From Nymphaea colorata (lineage: Eukaryota): a stretch of 64,000 nt of DNA. Position numbers and translations under genes: made by a program. Below the pieces are notes generated by a model. The model made no database searches. It was not told the origin of the DNA and worked only from the letters and a program-made list of their open reading frames with translations. The stretch covers positions 38,564,001-38,628,000 of the forward strand of contig NC_045138.2 of the NCBI RefSeq assembly GCF_008831285.2, read 5' to 3'. Position 1 is the first letter of the stretch. Every line of letters begins with the position of its first letter. Positions 48,991 to 63,528 of the stretch are shown here, piece after piece.

Positions 48991-51824
48991 GGATAGCTGG
49001 GGCCTGCACGTCCAGCTCATATCCTGAACTTATGTCTAATTATTTGTTAGGTATTCTTGGCAGGTTCGGTCATGGAGGCTTTCAGCTGTTCATCAATGGA
49101 TACAGCGTGTATGATGCATTGGACACGTTTATCTGAGCAATTATCCCCAGCATACTGACAGAAGTCATGAACAGGTTTCAGTTTCATCATTCATGTGAAC
49201 CTCGAGCCTTTTAATTTATTTTAGAAACTCCGTATGGATAGTTTCAGTTTTTTTTTTTTTTTAACTTGCATTTTCTGAAAAAAACTATTAGTTTAACCAA
49301 AAGAAAAATAATCAACTTGGGAATTGTGCTTGCTGTGTACCTCCATACCCCTCATGGTGGTATATGATGTTCATCTGTAAGTAGATTTAATTTCTTAAGT
49401 CAGAAATTAGCAGTCTGATTATGTTTGACATATTCTCTCTATTGGCTGCTTTTGTATCTTAATGGCGACGCCGAACAGCCTGTTGTGTTTTATTAAAATC
49501 AAATTTTTTTTTTAATCCATAACTTGAAAGCCGGATCTTGTGGCCGATTGCGTATGCTGTTATCCTATTAACATAGTAAACATGCCAAAATTAAACACAT
49601 GTTTCATCCAAATACACAACCTACGTGTCTGAAACTGGTGCGGGTGCACATACACACACAAAAACATGTCTTGTGCAAAAAAAAAAAAAAAGTGGTGTAT
49701 AAACAAAACATGAATGCAGACAAACACATATAAAAAGTTGCAAGCTAGAAATCTTTGGCTGAAGGGAATTAATCATTCGGAAGTCGAATTGCAAATGCTG
49801 AAAGAGTTGAGGAGCTAGAAACTTTGAACTGAAGAACATTAATTGCCCATAAGTCGAACTGCAAAGGCTGAAACATTTTTTTTCATTGTCGTGGAATGGA
49901 GTGAAAGGACACCAGTCCAAGACCGAGACCAAGGGAGAAGGGAAGACGTTTGGCTCCTGACACAAGGCCTTAAAAATTAGGCATGGACTAGGGGGACCAA
50001 ATTTTGTCAAGGGCTCATTAATTTTCTTATAAGGACATTACTAAGGTAATTTTTGTTGGATCTACATCATTAGGTGTCTATCATGTTATTATTATTTTTT
50101 AAGGACTTGTTACATAAGAAAACATGGCCAAGGGCCAAAAAAATATCGTGGCTAACGCATTTTCCCCCTCCCCCACTCTTTCTTGGGCTTACACATGCTT
50201 TGGCTTTCGTGAAGGATCTGCTCATAGTCATAGAGCTTGTACACCATGGTAACCACATTCGAGACGTGTGTGTTATTGCTTATTCACTAGAATCTATGCA
50301 TTTGATTGAACTTATTTTACAACAGGAAAAGTTATTGCTTAATTCTAGTGCCACCCAGGTCAAGATTTTTCACCTCTTAAGAAACAATGAAAATGCCTAA
50401 TCTAATACATAAAAAATTATATATATAGATATCTAAAAGCATCAAAAGGGACACCTCCAAGCATGCATTCTACCGCGGCTTAAGATGGGACCTAAGATGT
50501 ACACTTATATGTATATATATATTATCCGGAAGAGACACTGGATGTTAATATTAGGAAGCCAGAAGAGGTACCGTCTTCCAACATCTTGTAATAAAATTCT
50601 ATCTAGGTTTCCGTGCTTCGTAGTACACTGTTGAGGCATTTAGTTATGTCAGTTGCAGAGAGACCGATAAGTTTACATCTCAATTATGTCATTGCCAGAG
50701 TCCTCCTTCGTGGAGCAATGATTCGAGGGCTGCAGCGTCAGAAACAAGCACACCTCATGTCTATAAGTTTGGTCATACGACAAATTTGAAAATGTTGAAG
50801 AAATGGAATCTTTGTTCAAACATCTGAGACGGTTTAAATGCACGATGAGATGCGTCATTGAAAAGGGTCTGTGATCAAATTACATGGCTCAGATGATCTG
50901 CAGACCTCTTCTTGACAGCCTGCGTCTCTAACTTCAAATTCAAGGGATTCAAGCCATAGTTATCAGAAAAATCACTTTCTTTCTTAAATCTGATTCCCTG
51001 CGTCTTTCTCGCGTAGTTTTTCTTGTTTTCAGCTACAGATGAGTATGGTTCAAAATCCAGGCGCAGCAGGGAGATTTCTTTACACCGATCCATGGGAAGG
51101 CAACCTTCCATGACAGAGAGATCCCAACAGACAAATTGCTTGGCAGGAAGGGCAGGGCACAGAGCCCATTTGAATTAGAAAATGGCTTCGCCATTTAATG
51201 GGTGCTCCGCTGTCTGCCCACAAGCGTTTGTTTCGCATATAGTTGAGAAAGACAAAGGCACCATTTCCATGAAAGGGAATTTCTTTCACAGGAAAACGGA
51301 CAAACAAACGCCCCCTCAAGAAAAAGAATAAATACCTTCTGTTGTCACACTCGAGAAAATTCTCTTCCCCATTTAATGCAAGGGAGGTAGTTGTTGCCCC
51401 CCATCTTCTCAGTGTCACATGCCTGACAGTGCCTCTCTCTCTCTCTCTCTCTCTCTCTCCCGTTTCTCGTCCACTACGTAACGAAAAAGGCAGACTCACA
51501 TGTGACAAACTTCGCAACAAGATTTTGCAGCAGACTGAAGAAAAGGAAAAAACCAAGGAAATGAAAAAGGCCATGACCATTCTTGTTATTGCTAACGATC
51601 TGCATTTCTAAACTGGACTACTCCCTTTGGAGCAGGTAACATCATCATCATCTTCATCAATCTTCTACTGTTCTACAACAGCTTTCTCCCCTTCTCCTGG
51701 CCCCCACCCTTCTCCCCAAAGGCCAATCAGAGAAAGGCATAAAGCAGAGTTACCCAATAGAATAGATAGCACAAGGACATCTACACCCACCCCTTTCTTC
51801 CCAGTCGGGTCCTACCAATGGGAC

Positions 51825-53770
51825 TCAACCAGCTCTCACCCAAATCATATCGTTCTCAAAGATCCAATGGCACACCTCAATTTCCCCTGGCTTTGAGCCC
51901 AATGCAACGAAGGCTCCATTGCCAGGCCCCCATGCACTGGTGTCCAGGTGACAGATTGCCACTCCATGGTTGATCTTCTTCTTGCTCTTGACGTCCAGGA
52001 TGTCAGCCTCGTAGACCCTCACAATGGGCACTGAGTGACAGTAATAGACTAAGTAAGGGAACATGCTCTGGTGGCAAGAAACAGACCTGGTAATCCTCCC
52101 ACCATCTAGCCCCTTCACCTCCCCAATCTCCACATTCTTCCCCCACCCCATTGTTGACTCAGTGGACCTCAATTGCACGTCCCTTCCGAGCATAGACGTC
52201 GCAAAATCGATCATGTCCTCGATCGAAGTCACGCACCTCTTTGTCTCCCCCTTGCTGGGCTCCCTCTCGCACTCTGCCAGGGTATTCTTCATCAGCCGTT
52301 CCATGCTGGAATTCTCTCTGGCGTGGAACACCTTCTTCAGCTCCCCGAGTTTCGAGCTCGAGAAGGGCAGCCTCTCGGCGATCGACCGCGGCAGGAATGA
52401 TCTCGGCGGCATCCGGTCCCGGAGGTCCGGCATTGGCATCACGGTCCCGGCTTTCATCATCTTCTCCCTGAAGAATTTCCCTGGCTCAACAGCCCACTTG
52501 GTGCTGGAAAGATTAGAGGCGGTGCTTGGAGAGGTGTAGGCAGAGAAGGTGACGCTCTTCTTGTCACCGTAGTTCCCAAACGTGTTGTTGATCCCATAAG
52601 TTTTGAAACCAACTTGGGGCTTAAAAGCACCTTCACCATAGCTCTTGAACTTGTCAGTGCCCACATTGGCCGATTGACCATAGTTGATGAAATTCAGCTT
52701 GGGGGAGATGCCGAGCTTGCCATAGGAAGTGAAGGAGTCATCACCAACATTGGCGGAGTCCCTGTAATTAGTAAACGTATCAATGCCGTCGTTGCCGCCG
52801 GTGCCGTAGGTTCTGAAGTTGTCCTCTGGCCCGTTTCCGTTCAGCCCGTAGTTGGTGAAGGAATCATTGGCACGAACGCCATCCTCACCGTAGTTGCTGA
52901 ACGTCGAGCCGATGACATTGCCGCCCTCGCCGTAGTTGACGAACCCAGATGGGACGCCCTTGCCTTTCCTGCCGTAACTGACGAAGGATTGGTCTCCGGC
53001 GTTCCCCTGGAAGGAGTAGGCCCGGAAGTCCCGATTCCGGCCGGCCGCGTCCGTCTCGTACGTGGAGAACCTGAGGCCCGGAACGTTGATGTTGTCCGCG
53101 TAGCTGCTGAACTGGCCAGAGCCGCCGGAGGCAGCGACGCCGTAGCTCAAGAACTCGCTGTCGCCGACGTTCACGTCCGGCACATAGGACGAAAACGAAT
53201 CATCGTGGCGGGACGAGTCGCGGCTGTACCGCGTGAAGGAATTGGCGGCGACGTTCGCGTTCTCGGAATACTTCTTGAACGAGTCGATTCCGCCAGTGGA
53301 GCCGGACCGGTAGTTTGAGAAGTTACGGCCAGAGTAGGAGGTGAAATCGACATTAGACTCGTGCTTCTCAAGGCTGGGGGAGGGGTCCGGGAAGCAGAAA
53401 AGGTGCGCGGCGTCGCACAATGTGGGGAGATGCAAGGCGAGCGAGCTCTGCTCGGCGTAGCGCCGGAGAACAGACGAGTGGAGGGCGTCGAGAGGGGAGG
53501 CCTTCTCCATCAGAAACGCCGGTTTCGGCGTGTTGGGTATGTGCACGTTCCAGTAACGGAGAACGGAGGCCTTCGCAGAGAGAGGGTTCAGGCCCGGAAC
53601 CCCGCCGCTTCCCGAGGCGATTGCCTGCAAGACCAAGAAAAGGATGAGAGAAATCTTTGTGAGAGAAGCAATTCTGAAGACTACCCAATTCAGGAAACGG
53701 GGAAAATTCGAGAACCCACCATGAGAAATTGCAGAAGGAGAAGCAGAAGCCAAATGCTGAGGGCCGCCAT
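51825..53770 (-). CDS. Polygalacturonase-1 beta-subunit-like BURP-domain protein (secreted; FXXY repeats)
   Basis: Exon 1 (53770-53720) encodes the signal peptide MAALSIWLLLLLLQFLM. Intron 53719-53625 runs gtgggt...ttgcag. Exon 2 (53624-51825) has many 14-aa FxxY repeats, then the BURP domain (VEPGKFFRE...CH..., YYCH, AICHLDTSAW, EVCHWIFEND). Confidence 0.93.
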
Positions 53771-56700
53771 TGATGGAGCTCCCTTTCTCTCTCCTCTCTC
53801 TCTCTCTCTCTCTCTGTAGCTTCCTTTCTCTCTCTTTCACGAGAAGGCGAGTGTGTGGAGAGGGAGGTGGAGGGAACTAAATAGAGTGACTGAAGGGGTT
53901 TTGTTTTTGTTTTTGTTTGATTTGAAATTTTTCACTGCCTTTTTCAAATACTCATCTTAAAAACGGAGAGAAAGTGATGAACAAATAGTTTAAGAAGAAG
54001 AAAAGGTCAAAATTACCCTTGATTCTTTTCTTAAATGACATCTATGTTTCCCAATCTTTTCACTTAAGTGACCAGTATACCCTTCAAGAAGCTGATTTTT
54101 TGACGTCTTTTGAAAATGAATGTAAGACATCTGTATTACAATTTCTGCAAGAGTCAATAATTCTTTGCTTTTAAGATGTTCCTTTTCAGTGAGAAGCTTT
54201 TGAAGATTCTGAAGTTAGAAACAATGCTCCCGTTTGATATATCTTACTTGGAATAGCATCTTGCATTTCATTTTTTCTTTGGAACAATTCAACTACTCGT
54301 CGGAGTGGAAGCCAGTGATGTTTTTTCTTGTTTTTTTTTTCTCTTTTTTTTTATTAGAAAGCTGCAGTTAGACAGACCTCTACTTAGATGACGCCAAAAG
54401 ATGTGCAGTCCCAATATTATTAAGCTATTGACCTTCAAATTGAAAGTTTTAAGACTAACCCCTCAGCCAAGTCGACAGAGATTTTGCGGGCGGAAGCCAT
54501 GATACATCAGGTTTGAATTGTTCTTTCATTAGTTCAGACAGTCTCTGATCCTGGTGTACTCCAAGTGCAGAAAGACCAGTCAGGCCTTCAAAGTTGATGG
54601 TGGAAAGTTTTCAAGATTAAAGAGATCGAAGGCTTTTGGTGGGAACAAAAGGACTAGAACTGTACATATTCCATGGTGAAAAACTAAAATGTTTCAGGAA
54701 GAGTTCCCCAGCTTTTGACGCCCCAGTGTGCGGTAGAGAGAGACTTCTCCAACCAAGAACACCTCAAAAACTTTTTCCTATTCATCAAACACAATAATTA
54801 AGGATGGCAAACTGGAAAGCATGCTGGAGCTTGAGCTCATAAGTGAATGGTGAAGCAGCTTTGAATTCTCTGGCAGGCAAAGGGCACCTGAATCTTTGCA
54901 CTCAAGGAGCTTATTGCTGCTTTTAGAGAAGGTTCAGGTTCGATTTTCCTTGTCGTCCCACTCATTTTGAAAGAATTGGGAACCTGAGTTTTCATGGCAA
55001 TGTCTTGATCGGAGAGACAGCCTTTCCAATCTACCCAAAAAAAAAAAAAAAAAAAAGGAAAAAAGCAAAACCGCAAATGAATCAGAACTATGGTGGGGAT
55101 TTTGCCATCCACTTTGGCATGAATTGGGAATCTCATCTTAGAGTGAAGCGGATATCCCAAGATATCCCATTAATCCTCTTAATGGGGATCTCCAGTATTA
55201 CATGATCAGTAATCCCAAGGAGCTTAGGTACGACCTTTTTGAATGAGTGGTCACTGTTCATTCTCCATTCTGCAGTGGGACAATGTGAACTCTGCAGTTA
55301 CAGTAATTGAAAAGGATGAACGAAGAAAATATCGCACATTTTGGAAGATATCACATTGGAATGTGCGATGAGATTCAGAAAGCATGAAGCAAGATTCGAA
55401 TCGGAAGCAGGGAAGCATTCGAAAGGGGCAAGGAGCTGGTTGATTTTCTTGGTAACCATGGTAAATTCATTCTTGGGATGAATCTGCTACGATGTTCTGT
55501 CATCGAGCAGTTTAAGATGAATAGATGCACGCCGGTGGTCAACTAAAGACAACTTGTTCTTCTTCTTGAGGACAAGTACAATTTTGCTTTCAACTGTGAT
55601 CAAATCTATGTAACAAGGACAAATCAGTTCCTCGTTCCTGTGGTTAAGGACAGAACATGGCATGTAGCACAACCTCGAACTTACAGCCAATTCTTTTGTT
55701 TTTCAAGCCCATCTCTAGCCTCTTCGTGACATTTTCTATTAATTTAAGCACACTTTTACGTATTAGGATAACAGGAGCAATTTTGAACCAATAACCTTGC
55801 AATGTTGCAGCATTATAGTCCTTGCTTGTGTCTTTCTGAGTAAATAATCGTAGGAACTGTTTGCTTCTCCAATTCTCTATCACAGAAGCTACAAAGTTAA
55901 AGGTTCCTGTAAGAACAACTGAATGCTTCCTTTTAGTATGCCATGTTACTGAACTAGTCATTCCTTGTAGTTCCTTTTTAAAATAATGTGTCTTTTTTCA
56001 GAAAAAAAAGAACAAGAACAGTCCTCCGCTGCATACAGATCAGGAGGCAGTGGCTTCTTTCTGCCATTTTTGTGGTATCAGTTCTCAACGAGCAAAAAGT
56101 TAAGATAAAGGCTGTATCAAAAGTATCAGAAAGCCTGGCGCAAATTGCCATCTGCTTTGAACCCCATTTGTTAAAAAAGTCCCTTGAAAGTAGTCTTGAT
56201 ATCAAAACCCAGGTTACATGCTTTTAGCTCATCAAAAGGGCATCTGAAGTTTTCTGATAGAATAAAAAAATTTCATGAGGAGTGCTAGAGTTATCATAGT
56301 TTTGTCGATCCTTTCCTTTAAGTTCTCTAATGGGCTGCTTGAAATAAGCCAGAACGATGTTAGAATCCTGATTTAGCATCAAACCAAGCTTTTTCAGAAA
56401 CTAATTTTGGTTCTACAACTGTGTCTGCAACACGACTTTAGTAGCATCCAAACAGGTTGTAGATCTTTCGCCATGTTCAGAAGGATCACTACGTAGCTTT
56501 TCAAGCTTTACGCAACTACCAAAATCTGGTAAAAGCACCAGTTGAGATCCTGGGAAAAGTTCTTCTGAAACATGAAAGACGGTGCAGTCCTGTCACTCTT
56601 TCCAAACCTCACCGGAAGACTACTTCCCAAAAACGAACTTTCCTGGCCTCACAACTCCCCTGTCGACTTCCACTGTTGCTTCTCGTTGGTTTCTCCTTGG

Positions 56701-57698
56701 TTCTTTCTAAACATGGCTCATGTTTTCACCAGTGCACTTTTTAAACCTTTGGCTTCTTGCCACACTTTAAGTACCTTCTTACTGCTGTGCTCGATCACAT
56801 CTCAGCAACACGTTCTCCTAGAAACCTGAAGAAGAAAACAGACTCTTTATATCCCTCAGTGAGACACTCTTGATCTCAGTGAAACTTGATTGCAGCATTC
56901 AAGAATGCTTGTTACTGCAATTAATAGCAGTAGGTAGCCTGGATGAAATGCTTCGACGCCATCTGAGAATTTCAGGAAAGGTTTAACATGGTTGTCTTTA
57001 GAGATCATGAGTGAGAGAGAGAGAGATGAACTCTTATTAAAGGGGCTATCATCATGACATTTTGCAGGTCTAGCCTAGTACATCAAATGGACTCTTAGGG
57101 GGTAACTTGTGCAGTCTGCTCCTGGTTTCCTGCAGTCATGGAGCCAGAAATGTTTGGTTAATGGGTACGACAGTTCAAAATTTAAACTTTAAGGGGCACT
57201 TCTGTATAAATAAAAAAATAATTAAGGAGGGAGGTACCCATGTATAAATAAGGTAATTTTTGGGGGGCTGGTGTGGGCAGTGTGCCTACATCAACCCACA
57301 CCTGCCTCAACTTTGGGTTTCCTGCATGCTTGTCTGCTTTTTATAGATCGGGTGTCATGTTGGATCTAAGTCACACACCTCCATGATTTCAGCCTGGTTC
57401 AACCCCTAGATCAATGACGAAACATATTGGGAATAAACTCTAGGCATATACTCTTGTTATCTTATGCATAGTTTAAATTCAATAAGAAAAAAATTCCAAA
57501 ATCCTTGGTTGTTAATGTTACTTTCTATTTTGCATAGTTATGTATCTAATATTGTGAAGAAATTTAGGGGACGTATGGACGATGTTAAATAGTTGGTTGT
57601 CTTAGTTTTAGTCTTGTAGGTGCTGAAAACAAAGCTGTTAGTTGGGATCTGCCGGACCAAGGACTTGAGCGTGATGTAAATGGGTCGAGTCTTTATAG

Positions 57699-57710
57699 TG
57701 GTATCAGAGC
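57699..57710 (+). mobile_element. tRNA-iMet primer-binding site (LTR/TRIM remnant)
   Basis: Exact TGGTATCAGAGC in a long intergenic stretch. LTR boundaries cannot be resolved. Confidence 0.45.
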
Positions 57711-60700
57711 ATGTTCAACACTTGGGCTTGAAGTTCCACACACACAAGTGCGTATGACTTAAAAGTGGTGAATTGTAATGCCTCAGTTTGAAAAGTTTAG
57801 TCTCGTATGTGCACGAATGAATGTAGTAGTGATTAAACATGTACTAGTGATGCAACAAACACCTTGAATATGGAAGATTCTTCTGTGCCTTCCATGTATA
57901 ATTCTTTTTCATGTCATGGTAAACCATGGAAAAGAACATCAAAACGGTGTCCTTGAGGGGAAACACTATAAAGGGATCGCCTAGACGCGTAAACACTGTC
58001 CCTTGTTTGCATGTGCCTACAGGCCCCACGGGAACACCCTCACCCCTTTTGTTCCACATGCTCCGAATGCATATCAAACATCCTTCCCTGGCCCAGAATT
58101 GAATTCTTTTCGGCGAGTTTGAAACTTGTGACATCCCATCAACTTGGTTATTGGATGCTTTCGGCATGTTTCAAAAACTTGTGATGTTCCATCAACTTGG
58201 TTAGTTAAAACAAGTCGCGATTGCCGGACAAGCAGAGCCCTTGTGAGTGGAACAAATCTAAAGTTTGTACATCTAGTGATTGAGGAACGGCATTATATTT
58301 CGTTATATTGTGCTAATTTTGTCTTGGCAAGGTAACATCAAACACAGTTACGTGATCAATAATGGGAAAGAAATCATGGGATCAAAGCAGCCAAATGGAA
58401 CAGGGCCCTTCTCCAGCTAATATAAGAGCTCTAGTTGGATTCTTTTGGATCTAAATCTCAGATCAAATTATTCTCGGATTAAACTACTCCGGGTCGATTG
58501 CCAACTAAATATTTCGGACTTATGCCTAAGTTTTCCGCAGAAAGAACCGCACGGGTTCCTCACATCTTTTTTCTCTGGGAAAACGGGTACTAGATTGTGG
58601 TCTAGGACTGGGAGGGAACCGCAAATCCAGATCTGAAGATGTTCTTCTGGGTTGCAATTCAAATCTGTTCATTAGAAGCCAATACTGGATCTCCAGATCC
58701 AGATCCAGATCCGAAACCCGTCTTGAGCAGCCTGCATCAGCTACCATGTTGGTCACAAGTGGAGCGACGGCCAAAAGAGGTGAAGGGCATTTTGGGAAAG
58801 CGAAAAATATTCCACATATGTGAACTATTGTGAAGTGGTAGTGGTTGTCTTTTCTGCATTGACAAAGGAAAAGAGGGGTGGCTTTCAGCAAATACCAGAA
58901 AAGTGATTTAAAGTTTTCCTTTTGTTGGCTTTACTAGAAACCGCGTTGAGATGTTAGAAGACGCGTTCTCTTTCTCTCTCACATATTTTTTTATAATAAG
59001 AAAAGTCCAAAAATAAAGGAAAGAAAAAAAAGGGTTGCATCATTGGATGGATGCTGTGAGGAATGTGGGAATGGAGACAAAAGAGCAGTACCTTCACACA
59101 TTTACTGCTCACCACACACATTTCCTTCTCATTCTTTTGGTGTTTATTGTATTGGTGGTTCTATTTTTCCTACTTTGGGTCATAGCTAGATTCAGTGGCA
59201 ATAATCAATGCACCTAAGTTGCCAATATTGTTGAAAATATATCTAAGTTTTTAAGACACTAGTGCAAACAGTTGGCTTCCTCAAGAATTAAATGCAGCTT
59301 GCAAAAATGGAATCCAGAATGATAAGTCCCTCATTTCAAATTCAAGAACCAGCGGTCTCTAGTTCGATTCCTATAGCTGCAAGTCGATGCAGCTTTAGAC
59401 GAACCTAGGGCAGGCGGCAGAGCAGGAGAAGAGAACCTTGGCTTGTAGTTGCGTTGCGTGCCGGAGAATGAGATGTAGACCCATGATCATATCCGCGATT
59501 AAGAACCTGCTAGTTCCAAACTTTGGAGTAGAAAAGTGGGACTCTAACGAAGAAGCAGTAATGGAATTTGAGAGTTGTTGCAAATGCATGGTATTGCCAA
59601 TGTTCATCCTCTCTCACATGTCAATTTACTGTACTCATCTCCATGAAATGCAGGTTTCTTTTCCCCTTTGAATAGCTTATCTGATAAGTGTTGCAGAAGA
59701 TAAAAGACAAAAAAGGGGGCGGGGTAAATTAAGGGGTAAAATTTGAGAGCAGCATTGGAAACACGTAGGGACAGCGGATTTCTTAGGTCCTTTCTCTACA
59801 TCCAGTTGCATTTTGTGTGTGTGTATATATATATATATTGGATTTTTCCTTTCAGTGGAAAAATTTTTCAGCTTTTCACATCCCCGATGCATTGTATTGG
59901 GCAGTTAGGCAGAGCTGAACATGATTGGAGAATTTTCATTATATATATATATATATATTGCAACATTGAAAGCAACGATTCAGGTAAGAAAAACTCATAA
60001 GGGTGAAGACGAAGCACATTAAGATTGGACAGGGTGAGATATGATCCGACAGATTCCTTGCCAGTTCATCGAACAAAGGAAAAAGCAGGCCAATGTGATT
60101 AGTCGCCAAAACTAGACGGCTAGATCTCCAAAAGTTCTTTTATTTTTTATCGGTTAAAAAAAGAGTTATTTGCTTTTTTAAGAGAACTAGGAGTATCAAT
60201 AGTCCCCGCTGGTTCATGACCCTTTTCTGATCGACAAGTCCTGATTCTCCATATTCATTTGCAAATGCAAATGGTTCTTGTCGGATCTTCTTTGATTGGA
60301 TATGGGTTCAAATTTGAATGTCTGAAGTACAATCCAGATCCAACAGGACAAAGATCCAACTTTTGCATACAATCGGGTCAATCCTTGTCAGATCTGGATT
60401 TAATTTTAGTCGCTCAGACCGTACAACGAATCCGAGTTTGATTAAGAATACTCAGACCCAGTTTTTCGACATACTCAGTCCAAGACGGTTAATCAACGTT
60501 CAAATGAAAAGAATAGTCTTTCGACATCTTAGTTGGTGTTCGCCTAGAACGTAATATAGCTGGGCACATGGACAGTTTGATTCCTGTGGGCACTATTACC
60601 TTAGGACAGCATACAGTGAGATCGCCAACACCAACTTAAGGATGTATTGTATCCGACCTAGGTCTCTGATACAGTCCAAGACCCGCAGAGACAGGATGAA

Positions 60701-61965
60701 TGGAGGGTCCTTTGTGATTCTTTTTTGGTGGTGGGTTGTTAACTTCATGTTCATCCGAAACATCTAATTTTGCAACAGTAAAGCAGAAGCTAGTTGTGAA
60801 CAAGAAGCTCCATGCCAAATTTTGGAACCAAAACTAGGACTAATGAATAATTGCTTGAAGGCAAGAATTGGAATCCAATGTTTCAATTATGTGGTGAATG
60901 AAAGGACTCTTCTCAAAGTGTGTTTCTCAAGCATGCAATTGAAGTGGGTCCTTGAACCTTGGTGTTCTAGTGTTTGCACCTCCATTATTTGCTGCACTGC
61001 TCTCACTAGATCCCCAAGCTGTACTTGCTGAGGAGTACTGCAACCCCTGTGAATTTCCAGCAGACTCACATTGCCATTGCTGCTAACCTAATTTTCTTGA
61101 TCAATTAAGTTGCGAATATTGAGGCAATGACAAGTCATAATTTTTGTCGCTGTTTTCTTGCGATCGAAAGGGAATCTTTCGGGCCTCTACATGCAAGATG
61201 GCAGCATTTCACAAAAGACTTAGACTACGCAGTCCAAAGCCATGAATGAGGCATGTACCCCGAGCATTGAACTCTTGACCTCCTTCAACTTGAAAGTTAT
61301 AAGGTCTAACAAATCTAATTAGACAAAAGAGTGTTGTTACTGTTAGTAAATGAAATCATCAACCAGCAATTTGACGTGTCTCGGTTTTACCTCACTAGTT
61401 GTGTCATTGCACAAGAATCGCCACATCTTCTAAAAAGTTCGGTGCGAACTTTTCACGGCGAAGCTTACGACGACAACAGTGGAATTCGAATCCAGACCTT
61501 ATAGTAAGATCAATTTACTTATGATTCTGCACAACTTGAGGCCCCATGGTTCTGATAGTACCATACATGAAGCCCAACTTTTACATTGAGAGCTTGATGC
61601 ATGGAATATGAACTCGAGGACTTTCTAATGTATGTGGTATCTCTACTATGTGGTATGGCGGGCTATCCATGTAATTTCAGTTTTGATTCTTGTGGGTGCT
61701 ACCTTTCTGTATTACAAACAATGACATGCATGACACTCGAGTTGAAAGATATATCATACAACTACCAAGGGCCCGAAGCAGTTCTAGACTGGAGAGGTTT
61801 CACAAATTAGTCCTTTGGGTTTACTAAAGTAGTTTCTAGATATGCACCAGGGCATACACAAAATTTTCACACCAAGGTAGAGGACGAGTGGTGCCAATGA
61901 TGTATTGTCAAGATGACAAACTTCATCCAAGTCAAAAGCAGATTAAATGGAGAGTTCTAGCTGCT

Positions 61966-62840
61966 CAAGTTGTCATTCGACTAGGCATGGGCGTGCGCCC
62001 ACGCTCACGCCTAGTCTCGCCTATATGTGATTAGGGGTGTCTGCGCCCAGTCCATAAAACTCGAAGAGACACTCATCTAAGTGCTTAAATTGTCACGTGA
62101 TTTATGTTTCATATTTCATTGATATTATTATGTAATATTCTGTTTATATCCATCTTCTAATCATGTTTCACTATATTCTGTAAAACTAAAAAGTCTGATT
62201 TCTCGTTTCTGTTTCGGATTTTCAGTTAGCTTTTAAGTCGTCATACGATGTCTGTTTCATATTTCATTGATATAATTATGTAATATTCTGTTTTATATCT
62301 ATATTCTAATTATGTTTAATTATATTCTGCAAAACTGAAGTCTGATTGCTCATTTCTGTTTCAGACTTTTATCTAACTACTTTGTTACATTATTTCTGTT
62401 TCATATGTCATTGATATGATCACATAATATTCTGTTTATACCTATATTCTGATTATGTTTCATTATATTCATATCACTAGGTTTTCTTTGTTATGATTTA
62501 TGAATTGAAGTGGACATTTGAGTTAGAAACTTCTTGTATTGATTTTTAGCTTCTTGGATCTTCAAGGCTATAAACTTTACATTTGATATTCCATATACAA
62601 ATAAAATATAAATCATATAATATTGACTGCCACTGATTGTTGTTATATCACTATTAGTCATATTATATAACTCAATAGTTAATCACTTAGTGTATATATA
62701 TAATAGTTGTTTCCGAACTTTTTAATATATATACATATATTAAGTATTATATAATATTTACTTTATGTAAATACATACAACCATAATGAATTGAACGGTC
62801 GCCTAAGTGCCCCCAGGCACCATATCGACTTTATGTAATA
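61966..62840. mobile_element. Degenerate non-autonomous DNA-transposon-like insertion with an internal about 146-bp x3 AT-rich repeat (62105-62470)
   Basis: GC-rich ctaggc/cgccta subterminal motifs flank an AT-rich core. tgtttcatat(t/g)tcattgata...taatattctgttt recurs at about 62105, 62253 and 62397. No clean TIR or TSD. Confidence 0.4.
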
Positions 62841-63528
62841 CACTCTCGCCCTTCTTTACTTTATATAAAAGGATATCGAGAAGATAATGGAAAAGGCAAT
62901 CTCAGATTGCATTCTCAGTCGGTGGGATGAAAGAACACATTGAACTACCTTACTGCAAAACTACATATGCTATCTCTTTCATAATCACCAAATACATTCT
63001 TACTGTCATGGCGGATTTTAGCACGGTGCCCAAGATGCCACAAAGACAATGGGGACAAGCATCAAGAAAAAAAATGAGGCCTTGTGATTACTTCATATAT
63101 AACCAGATGAAAACAGTGACATAGAGGAAGAGAAAACTATGCATTTCAAGAGAGACATCATCGAATAGCCTTGTAGCATACTGTAAAAACATCACACCAT
63201 ATGACGATAAAAACATAAAGCTCAGTTCTCAAGTACCATTAATAACAAAAACTTTAGGCGACGAGTAAACCAAAGTTACTAGTCGTGTGTACTGGTGCAA
63301 TCATCTGCCCAATTTATCTAGCAAATCCAGCCAGAAGCAATCACAGTAAACCATTGATGTTGGCCACTCATGACCCCTTTCCAATAGCTTTTCAAGATTG
63401 TAAACGATGATTTCTCTCTCCATTTTCCTACCAAAGATATTTTCTTACTGTGGCATGCCACAACTCAAAATCCCTGTATCGCGTCATCCCCTTCTTTCAG
63501 CAACTAACAGCGGCCAGCAGAGAGTCGT

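Noticed and set aside
52614..53318. 234-aa plus-strand ORF, and other ORFs overlapping the BURP and CASPL exons
   Set aside because: Antisense shadows of GC-rich coding exons; no motifs of their own.
53771..53840. N-terminal extension MKERERK... of the 671-aa ORF
   Set aside because: Translation of an (AG)n 5'-UTR tract and read-through of an intron. The ATG at 53770 with a signal peptide and a GT-AG intron is the better model.
58430..60460. Clusters of gatcc/aatccg motifs (also about 23090-23230)
   Set aside because: They look like decayed MITE subterminal repeats, but no TIR or TSD can be defined, so they are not called as elements.
59350..61500. tRNA/SINE B-box-like words (gttcgattcc near 59362; similar near 61270 and 61490)
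   Set aside because: No cloverleaf, A-box, tail or TSD found.
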